DNA of 33,579 nt, taken from Candidatus Sericytochromatia bacterium. GTDB lineage: Bacteria; Cyanobacteriota; Sericytochromatia; S15B-MN24; UBA4093. A program made the position numbers and the translations under genes. The notes under the pieces were generated by a model that did no database searches, was not told where the DNA came from, and saw only the letters and a list, made by a program, of their open reading frames with translations. Positions 1-8,165 of the stretch are shown in pieces. Every line of letters starts with the position of its first letter. The stretch's first letter is position 1. Where the stretch lies: NCBI GenBank assembly GCA_036676495.1, contig JAKFCT010000022.1, positions 1 to 33,579 of the forward strand, read 5' to 3'.

Positions 1-191
1 CGCTTTGGCCCGAAGAGACAGGGGCCCCGACCACCAGGCCTCCTCAGCAAGGCCCGGATCCCCAGGCCCAGGCTCTCATCCAAACTCCAGCCTGGGGAAG
101 CGTTCGAGATCCGCGGAGGACCGACCGACCGGACCGAGCCGCTTCCTTGCGGGTGAGCCTGAAAATGGATTGACCCCTTCCATAAGAAGCA

Positions 192-214
192 AGCCCCGGA
201 TTCCTCCGGGGCCT
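192..214. terminator. GC-rich hairpin, probable terminator downstream of the 293-586 gene
   Basis: GCCCCGGA-ttcc-TCCGGGGC inverted repeat; short T-tract on the minus strand. Confidence 0.5.
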
Positions 215-292
215 GTGATGATCAGGAGCAAACGGCGCGTCGATGCGCGGCCGAACGCGGGCGAAAAGAGAGCAGGTCAGCGTGAGGACGCG

Positions 293-586
293 CTAGTCGC
301 GTCCAGTCAAACGACGAACCAGCCAGCAGTTTTCCTTGTTGAGGTTGTAATCCTCGAGCACGAAATCCAGGGCAGCCCGCATGATCTCGGACTTGCCCAC
401 CTTGATCCGCTGCTCCGTGCGAAGCTTGAGCATCACGACCTCCAGAGCGAGCAGTTGCTCCTCGGAGAAATAGAAGGTCGCGCGCTGGTTGTACTGTTCC
501 TCGACCTCGTCGGTCCCCACGCTGGCGGGGGGCTCGACATAGTTGGCGGGGGCCTTCTTGGCCGTGGGGCGTCTCCTCATCGTCAT
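293..586 (-). CDS. Small putative ribbon-helix-helix DNA-binding protein (97 aa)
   Basis: RATFYFSEEQ strand followed by helices ending KSEIMRAALDFVLED; purine-rich RBS-like stretch upstream; resembles, from memory, small actinobacterial ParA-partner proteins ending in LVRRL. Confidence 0.6.
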   Translation of the reverse strand: MTMRRRPTAKKAPANYVEPPASVGTDEVEEQYNQRATFYFSEEQLLALEVVMLKLRTEQRIKVGKSEIMRAALDFVLEDYNLNKENCWLVRRLTGRD

Positions 587-736
587 CCCTTTCTCTTTCG
601 CGGCAGATCACGCTGCTGAGAAGGCATCGTAACAACCGAACACCCCACTGGTATGTAAACTCGATCACAAGGTCAACAACCCGTCAACGCGCGTTGCTTT
701 CTCGCATGGCGGCGTTGCGCACCCCGAAAGCCCGCC

Positions 737-758
737 AATGGTGACGCTCGTCACCATT
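737..758. promoter_or_regulatory. Perfect 10-bp inverted repeat, candidate operator in a divergent intergenic region
   Basis: AATGGTGACG-ct-CGTCACCATT; contains GTGA-N6-TCAC; TATAAG -10-like box at 803-808. Confidence 0.45.
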
Positions 759-860
759 TCGAACTCCATGCAGCCGCCCGGTACAACCCCAAAGGGTCGG
801 GGTATAAGACCAGCGATTGCTCGATAGCCAAGCCCTTATCAAAGGAGGACATAGCAAGCC

Positions 861-1490
861 ATGGGTGACCTTACCAGAAGGCTGGCACAAGGTGCGGTTC
901 TGGCCGCGCTGGCGGCCACGACCGCCGCTTGCGACGCATTCATGATGGGGAACCCCTTCCTCCCCAAAGCCTACGTCCTCATCGACGCCGAGCCCCAGAC
1001 GACCGTCATGAAGCTGACCTACGACTTCACGACCGGATCCTTCCAGCGCGACAAGGAAGCGGAGTCGAAGATCGTGATCAAACCGCGCCCCGGAGACATC
1101 ATGCCGGGCGTCCGCTTCACCGACTACAAGCTGAGATACAAGGACAACAAGGACCAGCTCATCGACACCTACCTGATCCAGGAGCAGCATCTCGGCACCG
1201 CCGTCTACATCCCCAAGACCTCCGGCACGAACGCGCAGGCCGCCGCCAACAAGGCCATCGAGATCCCGGTCGTCTCCCCGCAGCTCTGGGAGTTCGGCGA
1301 GAGCAAGGGCTTCATGGCCGGAGCGAGCAATGGAGTCGCCGGCTTCGTCCCCACCACCACCCCCTGGTCCCAGAACCTGGTGGGCGTCGTCACCTTCTAC
1401 GGCAAGGACGACAACGGCTTTCCCATCCAGGCCGAGGGCACCTTCACGGTGAGGTTCGAGACCGGGATCGTCCCGGCGACCATCAACTAG
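861..1490 (+). CDS. Hypothetical lipoprotein (209 aa)
   Basis: AAAGGAGG RBS at 841-848; signal peptide ending TAAC; strong GC3 codon bias. Confidence 0.8.
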   Translation: MGDLTRRLAQGAVLAALAATTAACDAFMMGNPFLPKAYVLIDAEPQTTVMKLTYDFTTGSFQRDKEAESKIVIKPRPGDIMPGVRFTDYKLRYKDNKDQLIDTYLIQEQHLGTAVYIPKTSGTNAQAAANKAIEIPVVSPQLWEFGESKGFMAGASNGVAGFVPTTTPWSQNLVGVVTFYGKDDNGFPIQAEGTFTVRFETGIVPATIN

Positions 1491-1501
1491 AGAGAGAGAC
1501 G

Positions 1502-2371
1502 ATGAAGAAGTTCGCGCGCGCCCTCGCCCTCGTCAGCGGCCTCGCCTTCTTGGCCGGCTGCGACGCCGTGAGCCAGAACTGGCTCCCCATCGCGACCGAT
1601 CACCGCCCCGAGGTCAAGACCAGCACGCTCTCGGGCTTCGTCGAGGACTCCGTGGGCAACATCATCCCCAACGCCGTGGTCACCAACGGCGCCTCGGTCG
1701 CGGCCACCGACGGCAACGGTTTCTTCACGCTCACGAAGATCAAGACCGGCTACCAGTCCTTCACCGCCAGCTACGACGGCAAGACCTCCCCCGCCAACAT
1801 GCGCACGATCAAGGCCGACTCGAACCCGAACATCACGCTCAAGATCCCCACCGTCGGCCCCGTTTCCGACACCCTCCAGGCAGTCAAGCTGGGCAGCATG
1901 CCCCTCCTCACCCTGACCGCCTCCTACAGCATCGCCACCACCTCGGTCTCGCCGCTGGTCCCCGTTCCCCAGGAGACCCGCTACCCGACCGGCAAGGACC
2001 TCACGCTCGTGCTCTCCGCGCCGCCCAACGGCGCGGGAGTGACCATCAAGTCCTACAAGGTCGTCTACGACGACAACGCCGCCCCGACCCGCTCGGAGAG
2101 CCTCTGGCCGGAGGTCGTCGTGGACCCCGGCGGAGATTTCGAGTCCGGCCCCGCCAAGAACGTGTTCCTCAAGAACATCGGCCCCAGTTCCGCCGCGTTC
2201 TCGACCTACATGGACGCCACCCGCAGCGTGAAGGCCACCATCTCCCTCTACACCGAGCTGACCCCTCAGGACGCCACCACCTCGGTCGCGCTGCACGCCC
2301 CCAAGAAGGGCAACCCAGACGACGTCAGGCCCCTCGAGATCCAGATCTCCATTCAGAAGGCCGAGCAGTAA
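1502..2371 (+). CDS. Lipoprotein with carboxypeptidase-regulatory-like beta-sandwich domain (289 aa)
   Basis: MKK-hydrophobic-LAGC lipobox; LSGFVEDSVGNIIPNAVV...TDGNGFFTL motif; ATG 11 nt after the previous stop. Confidence 0.8.
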   Translation: MKKFARALALVSGLAFLAGCDAVSQNWLPIATDHRPEVKTSTLSGFVEDSVGNIIPNAVVTNGASVAATDGNGFFTLTKIKTGYQSFTASYDGKTSPANMRTIKADSNPNITLKIPTVGPVSDTLQAVKLGSMPLLTLTASYSIATTSVSPLVPVPQETRYPTGKDLTLVLSAPPNGAGVTIKSYKVVYDDNAAPTRSESLWPEVVVDPGGDFESGPAKNVFLKNIGPSSAAFSTYMDATRSVKATISLYTELTPQDATTSVALHAPKKGNPDDVRPLEIQISIQKAEQ

Positions 2372-2384
2372 GCCCCACCTGAAA

Positions 2385-2420
2385 ACCGCCCCCCGGTGCC
2401 ACGCGGCGCCGGGGGGCGGT
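2385..2420. terminator. Hairpin terminator between convergent genes
   Basis: ACCGCCCCCCGGTGCC-acgc-GGCGCCGGGGGGCGGT, with TTTT following on the minus strand. Confidence 0.75.
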
Positions 2421-2440
2421 CCTTCATGCAAGCGTTACGC

Positions 2441-3499
2441 CTACTCGTTGAGCAGGAATTCGGTCTCGACCTGGCTGCCCTCGCCGCCGAAGGCCTCGAA
2501 GCGGTCGTTGTCGGTATGGAAGACCGCCTTGTCCGCGTTGATCCAGTCGCCCGTGTCGCGGCGAATCTTGACGTTCTGGGTCAGGGTGATGGTTTGATCC
2601 TGATCGGAGTAGACCGCCCGCTCGCTGGTCGCCACGCGGCCCTTCTGCTCCACCCGGACGATCTTGCCCGTCATGACGGCATCGTTGGTCCGCTGATCGA
2701 TCTCCAGCTTGTCGCCGGTCATGACCGTCTTGTCCTTGACCACCTTGTCCCGCTCGGGATCCGGCTTGCTGTCGTCGACGATGCCCTCACGGACCAGCCA
2801 GTCGCCCTTGATCTGGGTCAGGACGACGTTGCCGTCCATGAAGATCTTGTCCTGGGAGTTGTTGAGCAGGGCATGATCGGCGGTGGCCTTCTTCTCCTTC
2901 TGGTAGGCGTGCACCTTGCCCGTGAAGTCCGCATCCTTGCGATCGGTCCAGTAGGTCATCTTCTCGGACTCGATGTAGGTGTCTTCCTTCTTGAGGGCGG
3001 TCTTCACCTTGTCGCGCTTGGTGGGCCCCTGGGGCTGGGCCTCCGGGGTGCCTGCGCGCTTCAGCTTGACGGAGCCCTCGACGAAGACCCGCTTCTCGCT
3101 GTGGTAGAAGGTCATCTTGTCGCCGTTGAGGGTCGTCTTGGGATCGGGCTCCTTCTCCTGGATCAAGGTGAAGGGCACCTCGATGAACGAGATCTTGCCC
3201 TTGGAGTCGTGCTTCACCCGCTCGGTGGTGATGGTCGTGTCCTCCTGGAGGATCTTGACCTTGCCGCTGAGCGTGGCCAGTTCCGACTTGCGATCGTAGG
3301 TGAGCTGCTCCGAGAAGATCCGGACCTTCTTGCTCTCCGCCGCGGGCGCGGGCGTGGCGGCGGGCGGGACCTTGGGGGCCGGCTTGGCTTTCGCCGCGGG
3401 CGCCGGGGCCTTGGGAGCCGCCGTGGCGGTCATGGCGCCTCCCAGGGTCGAGGCGAGGAGGGCCGTGAGGGCGAGCGGGGTGAGGATGTGGTGACGCAT
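2441..3499 (-). CDS. lptA: LptA/OstA-family periplasmic LPS transport protein, extended (352 aa)
   Basis: Signal peptide, Ala/Pro linker, repeated beta-jellyroll motifs (LSGKVKILQ, FTGKVHAYQ, MDGNVVLTQ, LTQNVKIR); directly follows an lptC-like gene. Confidence 0.75.
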   Translation of the reverse strand: MRHHILTPLALTALLASTLGGAMTATAAPKAPAPAAKAKPAPKVPPAATPAPAAESKKVRIFSEQLTYDRKSELATLSGKVKILQEDTTITTERVKHDSKGKISFIEVPFTLIQEKEPDPKTTLNGDKMTFYHSEKRVFVEGSVKLKRAGTPEAQPQGPTKRDKVKTALKKEDTYIESEKMTYWTDRKDADFTGKVHAYQKEKKATADHALLNNSQDKIFMDGNVVLTQIKGDWLVREGIVDDSKPDPERDKVVKDKTVMTGDKLEIDQRTNDAVMTGKIVRVEQKGRVATSERAVYSDQDQTITLTQNVKIRRDTGDWINADKAVFHTDNDRFEAFGGEGSQVETEFLLNE

Positions 3500-3504
3500 G
3501 GGAA

Positions 3505-4137
3505 TTACAGCCCTTCCTGGCTATTGAGGGGACTGGTGAGCTCCACGTTGCCCTGGAGGTTCACCGCCTCGATCTCGATGTCCGCGGTCGCCTGATCGGC
3601 CTTGATGGTCGTCCCGTTGTGGCTATCGAGCTGCACGGGCTTGGGCATCCGCACTTCCTTGAGCCGCGCCGAGTAGAAGACCTCGTCGGTCTTGATCACG
3701 TCCTGCTCGTCGGTGGTGAAGACCGCGTTGCCCTTGATGGTCATGGCCTCCGACAGCGAGTCGTACTCGGCCTTCTCGGCGACCCAGTCGACCTTCCGGT
3801 TGGACGCGGTCGCCTCCGGCGCCGGATCCCAGTTCTTGAGGTTGTAGAAGGTCCCGCGCGGCTTCGAGTCGAAGTAGACGAACTGCTGGTTCTGGGACGA
3901 GGAGACGTCGTCGGCGGTGATGGTCCAGCGCACCGTCCCCTTCTCGCGGCCCTGCATCTGGACGCCCGTGAACTGCAGCTCGATATGGGGCTCCATCTTG
4001 ACGGCGGCGGCCGGCAAGATCGGGCTCTGAACCGGATCCTGCCGGCTCAGCCACCATTGCCCCCCGACCAGGACCGCCACCAAGGTGAGGTAGACCGGCC
4101 AGGTGCGCTTCAAGTTCGCCCAGATCGCTTTGATCAC
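3505..4137 (-). CDS. lptC: LptC-like LPS export periplasmic protein (210 aa)
   Basis: Single N-terminal TM helix, WTITAD motif, AEKAEYD, VNLQGNV; lpt gene context. Confidence 0.75.
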   Translation of the reverse strand: MIKAIWANLKRTWPVYLTLVAVLVGGQWWLSRQDPVQSPILPAAAVKMEPHIELQFTGVQMQGREKGTVRWTITADDVSSSQNQQFVYFDSKPRGTFYNLKNWDPAPEATASNRKVDWVAEKAEYDSLSEAMTIKGNAVFTTDEQDVIKTDEVFYSARLKEVRMPKPVQLDSHNGTTIKADQATADIEIEAVNLQGNVELTSPLNSQEGL

Positions 4138-5768
4138 GAAACCCTTCCTACCAAGGCCCTCCCGACCAGGAGGGCGGAGCCCGCCAGCGCCAGGATGCTC
4201 AACCAGTCCCCGAAGCGGTTATACGGGGTCTGCTCCGGGACGACCCGGATCTCCCCCGTCACCACGGTCGGCTCGAAAAGCGGAGCCGTCTTCACGACCC
4301 TCCCGTACGGATCGACGATGCCCGAGGCTCCCGTGTTCGCTGCCTGGATGAAGTACCGCCGATTCTCGACCGCGCGCAGCGCCCCCTGGGCCAAATGCTG
4401 CCAGGGCGCGGCCGTACGCTTGTACCAGGCGTCGTTGGTGACCAGCACGAGCGCATCGGAGACCGAGGCCGTCTTGCGGATCACGTCCGGGAAGATCGAG
4501 TCGAAGCAGACGCTCGTCCCGATCCGCACCCCCTCCACGGAGAAGGGCCGCGGCGTCTCGCCGGGGGTCAGGTCGTACGGAAGCAGGTTGAGACCCGCCA
4601 TGAAGTCCGGCATCCACGTCCGACCCGGGACGTACTCCCCGTAGGGTACCAGATGGCGCTTGAAGTCGAAACCCAGGTTTCCAGCGCTCGGAGACCAGGC
4701 GCTGACAGCGTTGTAGACCTTCCACTCCCCGTCGGAGCCGAGGTCCCGGTGGAAGCCGCCCGTCATGAGGTACTGGCCGCGAGCCTTGGCTTCCTGGGCG
4801 AGCCGATCCCAGACCCGCGGGTCCTCGCGCAAAAACATGGGGATGGCGGATTCGGGCCAGATCACCAGCTTCGCGTCGGCGGCCGTCCCGGTGAGGCCCA
4901 GGTAGCGATCGAGCATCGAGAGGTGGGGATCCGCCTGGCTGCGATCCCATTTCTCATCCTGGGTGACGTTGCCCTGGACGACGGCGACCTTGAGGGTGGG
5001 GCCTTCGAGGGGGCGGTTCATGGCCCAGAGGCCGTAGCCGCCCCATGCGGTGACGACGGCGAGGGCGATCGCCACCGGCCCCGGATGCCGCGTATGCCAG
5101 ATCCAGGCCAGGCCCGCGTTGACCGCCACGATCAGCCCCGCCAGCGGGAAGGGGCCCACCAGCTGGATGCCCTGCAACAGGGGGAGGAACGCCGTCTGGG
5201 TGGTGGCGAGGTTTCCCCAGGTGAAGCCGAAGATCCCCTGGGCCTGCACCCATTCCATGGCCGTCCACAGCAAGGTCGGCACGAGCACGGCCATGAGGCC
5301 GCCCAGGCCCTTCCTTCGGGACTCCCCGCGGTAGGCCACGCCCAGGCAGAGGCCCATGAAGGCGACGCCCACGGCCATGGCGCCGGCGACGCCGAGCCAT
5401 GCGACGGTCACGATGGCCAGGGAGAGCGGCACCGTGATCTGCGGGCCGATCCATGTGAGCGGATGCATGGCCAGGAGCCAGTACATCAAGCCTCCGAACA
5501 AACCGAACCCGAAGGCCAGCGAGATCGTCCCGTAATCGCGCTTGCGGCGCGGCACCATCATGAGGGCGAGGTAGGGCGCCATGGCGACCCATGCGAGTCC
5601 GCCCCAGCCGACGCCGGGGAAGGCCAGGGAGAGGAGCACTCCGGAGAGGAGGGCGATCGCATGCAGGCGTGGGCTCACCGCCTGGGTGGCGGAAGGCACG
5701 CGGCTCTTGATGCGGTTCTGGATGATGCCGTAGGCGGGGAAGTTCATGAACGCAGGCTCCGGCCGCAT
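4134..5768 (-). CDS. lnt: Apolipoprotein N-acyltransferase (start may be 5747)
   Basis: Multi-TM N-terminus plus nitrilase triad: WPESA (E), KRHLVPYGEYVP (K), VCFDSIF (C); TNDAWY, RAVENRR, AANTGAS. Confidence 0.95.
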   Translation of the reverse strand: MRPEPAFMNFPAYGIIQNRIKSRVPSATQAVSPRLHAIALLSGVLLSLAFPGVGWGGLAWVAMAPYLALMMVPRRKRDYGTISLAFGFGLFGGLMYWLLAMHPLTWIGPQITVPLSLAIVTVAWLGVAGAMAVGVAFMGLCLGVAYRGESRRKGLGGLMAVLVPTLLWTAMEWVQAQGIFGFTWGNLATTQTAFLPLLQGIQLVGPFPLAGLIVAVNAGLAWIWHTRHPGPVAIALAVVTAWGGYGLWAMNRPLEGPTLKVAVVQGNVTQDEKWDRSQADPHLSMLDRYLGLTGTAADAKLVIWPESAIPMFLREDPRVWDRLAQEAKARGQYLMTGGFHRDLGSDGEWKVYNAVSAWSPSAGNLGFDFKRHLVPYGEYVPGRTWMPDFMAGLNLLPYDLTPGETPRPFSVEGVRIGTSVCFDSIFPDVIRKTASVSDALVLVTNDAWYKRTAAPWQHLAQGALRAVENRRYFIQAANTGASGIVDPYGRVVKTAPLFEPTVVTGEIRVVPEQTPYNRFGDWLSILALAGSALLVGRALVGRVS

Positions 5769-5816
5769 GCCCAGATGAGGCAGATGAGGAAAGGGTTCCG
5801 GGGATTGACTATGGCG

Positions 5817-5825
5817 ATCTTACCA
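5817..5825 (-). promoter_or_regulatory. Extended -10 promoter for lnt-lptC-lptA
   Basis: TGGTAAGAT (TGn-TAnnnT) on the minus strand about 50 nt upstream of lnt. Confidence 0.5.
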
Positions 5826-5899
5826 TGCGGGGCCCCGGCGAATGCGCGACGCGCATGACCGCCTACCCGCATGGGCCATGCGCCTCCCCGCGAGGGACG

Positions 5900-5908
5900 T
5901 GGTAGAAT
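5900..5908 (+). promoter_or_regulatory. Extended -10 promoter for the lptF operon
   Basis: TGGTAGAAT ending 10 nt before the MRILDRY start codon. Confidence 0.55.
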
Positions 5909-5918
5909 GGGCGGTCTG

Positions 5919-7004
5919 ATGAGAATCCTGGATCGTTACGTCATCGGCGAGCTCTTTCGCCCCTTCGGATTCGGTGTGATCGGGTTCATCCTGATCATGC
6001 TCTCGGTGAAACTCTACGAGTTCACCGATCTGATCTTCATGGCGGGCGCCCCGGTCGGCACGGTCACCCAGCTGCTCCTCTACACGCTCCCCTCCGTCGT
6101 CGTCCTGACCTTCCCGGTGGCCTACCTCTTCGCGAGCCTCCTGGGCATCGGCCGCATGACCAAGGACTTCGAGATCATCGCCTTGCGCGGCTCCGGGGTC
6201 TCGTTCCGGCGGATCATCGCGCCCGTCCTCGCAGGCGCCGTCGTGGTCAGCATCGGGAACTACCTCTTCAACGAGAAAGTCGTCCCCTTCTCCAACAAGA
6301 AGGTCGGAGAGCTGAAGGGCGAGCTTCAGACCCAGATCTCCAAGCCCCTGATCAAGCCCAACGTCTTCTTCAAGGGCACGGATCAGCGCTACTTCTACGT
6401 CAAGGAAGTCGAGCCCAGCGGCCTGATGCGCGACGTCTTCATCCTGGATCAGACCCAGATCGGGCCCCCGCAGGTGATCACCGCCGAGCGCGCCCGCTGG
6501 CTCAATCAGAAGGACGCCTCCGTCTGGGTGCTCGAGGACGGCTCGGTCCACAAGTACAACCAGTCGGGCTACGTCGACCATGAGATCAAGTACGACCAGC
6601 TCAACATCCAGTTCAAGCTGCAGCAGGGCGGCTACTACGGCGGCGACCTCGACCCGGCCTCCCAGAACTCCGCCGAGCTCGAAAGTCAGGTCGCGGGCCT
6701 CAAGAAATCCGGCGTAGACACCAAGAACCTGGAGGTCGCCCTCCACATGAAGTACTCGGTGCCCCTGGCCACCTTCTTCGCCGCCCTGATCGCCGCCCCC
6801 CTGGGCCTGATGTTCTCGCGCATGGGCGCCTACATCGGCGTGGCCCTCAGCATCATCCTGGTCTTCCTCTACTACGTGATCATGCAGACCTTCCAGGCCA
6901 TGGGCAACGCCGGCATCGTCGCGCCCTTGATCGCCGCCTGGACCCAGAACGCCCTCTTCGGCGTGATCGGCCTGGTCCTCATGCTCCGGATCGATCGGAG
7001 GTAG
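5919..7004 (+). CDS. lptF: LptF/LptG-family LPS export ABC permease (361 aa)
   Basis: MRILDRYV start, EIIALRGSGVS coupling helix, 3 TM + periplasmic jellyroll + 3 TM, AAWTQN; F versus G assigned by order only. Confidence 0.9.
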   Translation: MRILDRYVIGELFRPFGFGVIGFILIMLSVKLYEFTDLIFMAGAPVGTVTQLLLYTLPSVVVLTFPVAYLFASLLGIGRMTKDFEIIALRGSGVSFRRIIAPVLAGAVVVSIGNYLFNEKVVPFSNKKVGELKGELQTQISKPLIKPNVFFKGTDQRYFYVKEVEPSGLMRDVFILDQTQIGPPQVITAERARWLNQKDASVWVLEDGSVHKYNQSGYVDHEIKYDQLNIQFKLQQGGYYGGDLDPASQNSAELESQVAGLKKSGVDTKNLEVALHMKYSVPLATFFAALIAAPLGLMFSRMGAYIGVALSIILVFLYYVIMQTFQAMGNAGIVAPLIAAWTQNALFGVIGLVLMLRIDRR

Positions 7005-7007
7005 GCC

Positions 7008-8165
7008 GTGAACGTCCTGGCCCCGCTCGGCAAGTTGAGGAACGCCGGGGATCGCGCCAACGAGCTCTTCCGGCGCCTCCTGCCCTTCAAGATCATCGAC
7101 GCCTACTTCGTCGCCGAACTGGTCAGCCCCTTCACCATGGGCGTCTTCGGGTTCATCGTCATGAACCTGGCGAACCTCCTGTACATCTACGCCAACCTGA
7201 TCTTCTCCTCGGGGGTCTCGGTCGGCGTCGTCCTGCAACTGCTGGCCTTCAACATGCCGGCGATCGTGGTCATCACCTTCCCGGTGGCCTTCCTCTTCGC
7301 CACCTTGCTCGCCACCGGCCGCTTGGGACGCGACTCCGAGGTGACGGCGCTGCGCGCCTGCGGCACCAGCTTCCGGCGCCTGGCGGTCCCGATCATGGTC
7401 GGGTCGATCTTGGTCTCCGGGGCCGGGTTCTGGGTCAACGACGAGGTCGTGCCCCGCGCCAACCGCGCCGTGGTCGACCTGGTCCGCACCATCATGCTCC
7501 GGCAGTCCAAGCCCGTCTTCAAGGACAACGTCTTCTTCAAGGGCAAGGATAACCGCTACTTCTACATCAAGCAGGTCGACCAGCGCACCAACATCATGTA
7601 CGACATCATGATCTTCGATCGCACCGGAGATCTGCCGGTCGTCATCACCGCCAAGGAGGGCACCTGGTCCGGCACGGCCTGGCACCTCACCAACGGCGTG
7701 ATCCATCGCTACGGCACGACGGACTTCGTCCAGACCGAGCAACCCTTCTCCAACTACGAGGTCACGGTCGACACCAACCCGGAGACCTTCTTCACCCAGG
7801 GGGACCTGAGCCCCCAGGAGCAGAACTCCCGCCAGCTCAAGGAGCAAATCGACACCATGAAGAGCGGCGGCGTCGACACCAAGGCCATCGAGGTGGACTA
7901 CTACCTCAAGTTCAGCCTGCCCTTCGCCACGTTCTTCGTGGCCTTGCTCGCGGCCCCCTTGGGCCTCAAGTTCGCTCGCCTCGGCGCCTTCATCGGAGTC
8001 GCCTTGACGATTGCCCTCGTCTTCGTCTACTACATCGTCATGTCTATCGCCCGATCCATGGGCAACGCGGGGATGATCGACCCGATCACCGCGGCATGGA
8101 TTCACAACTACCTCTTTGGCATCGTGGGAGCGTTCTTGCTGTGGCGCGTCGATCGGAGTTCCTAA
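7008..8165 (+). CDS. lptG: LptF/LptG-family LPS export ABC permease (385 aa)
   Basis: IIDAYF, DSEVTALRACGTS, same topology; clearly paralogous to the upstream gene. Confidence 0.9.
   Translation: MNVLAPLGKLRNAGDRANELFRRLLPFKIIDAYFVAELVSPFTMGVFGFIVMNLANLLYIYANLIFSSGVSVGVVLQLLAFNMPAIVVITFPVAFLFATLLATGRLGRDSEVTALRACGTSFRRLAVPIMVGSILVSGAGFWVNDEVVPRANRAVVDLVRTIMLRQSKPVFKDNVFFKGKDNRYFYIKQVDQRTNIMYDIMIFDRTGDLPVVITAKEGTWSGTAWHLTNGVIHRYGTTDFVQTEQPFSNYEVTVDTNPETFFTQGDLSPQEQNSRQLKEQIDTMKSGGVDTKAIEVDYYLKFSLPFATFFVALLAAPLGLKFARLGAFIGVALTIALVFVYYIVMSIARSMGNAGMIDPITAAWIHNYLFGIVGAFLLWRVDRSS

Noticed and set aside
1-190. Gene end or ncRNA at the left edge
   Set aside because: No frame with convincing codon bias or motif, and no recognisable RNA family; cannot be called without upstream sequence
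929-1501. N-terminal extension of the 480-aa ORF
   Set aside because: Out-of-frame overlap with the 861-1490 gene; the real start is the MKK lipoprotein signal at 1502
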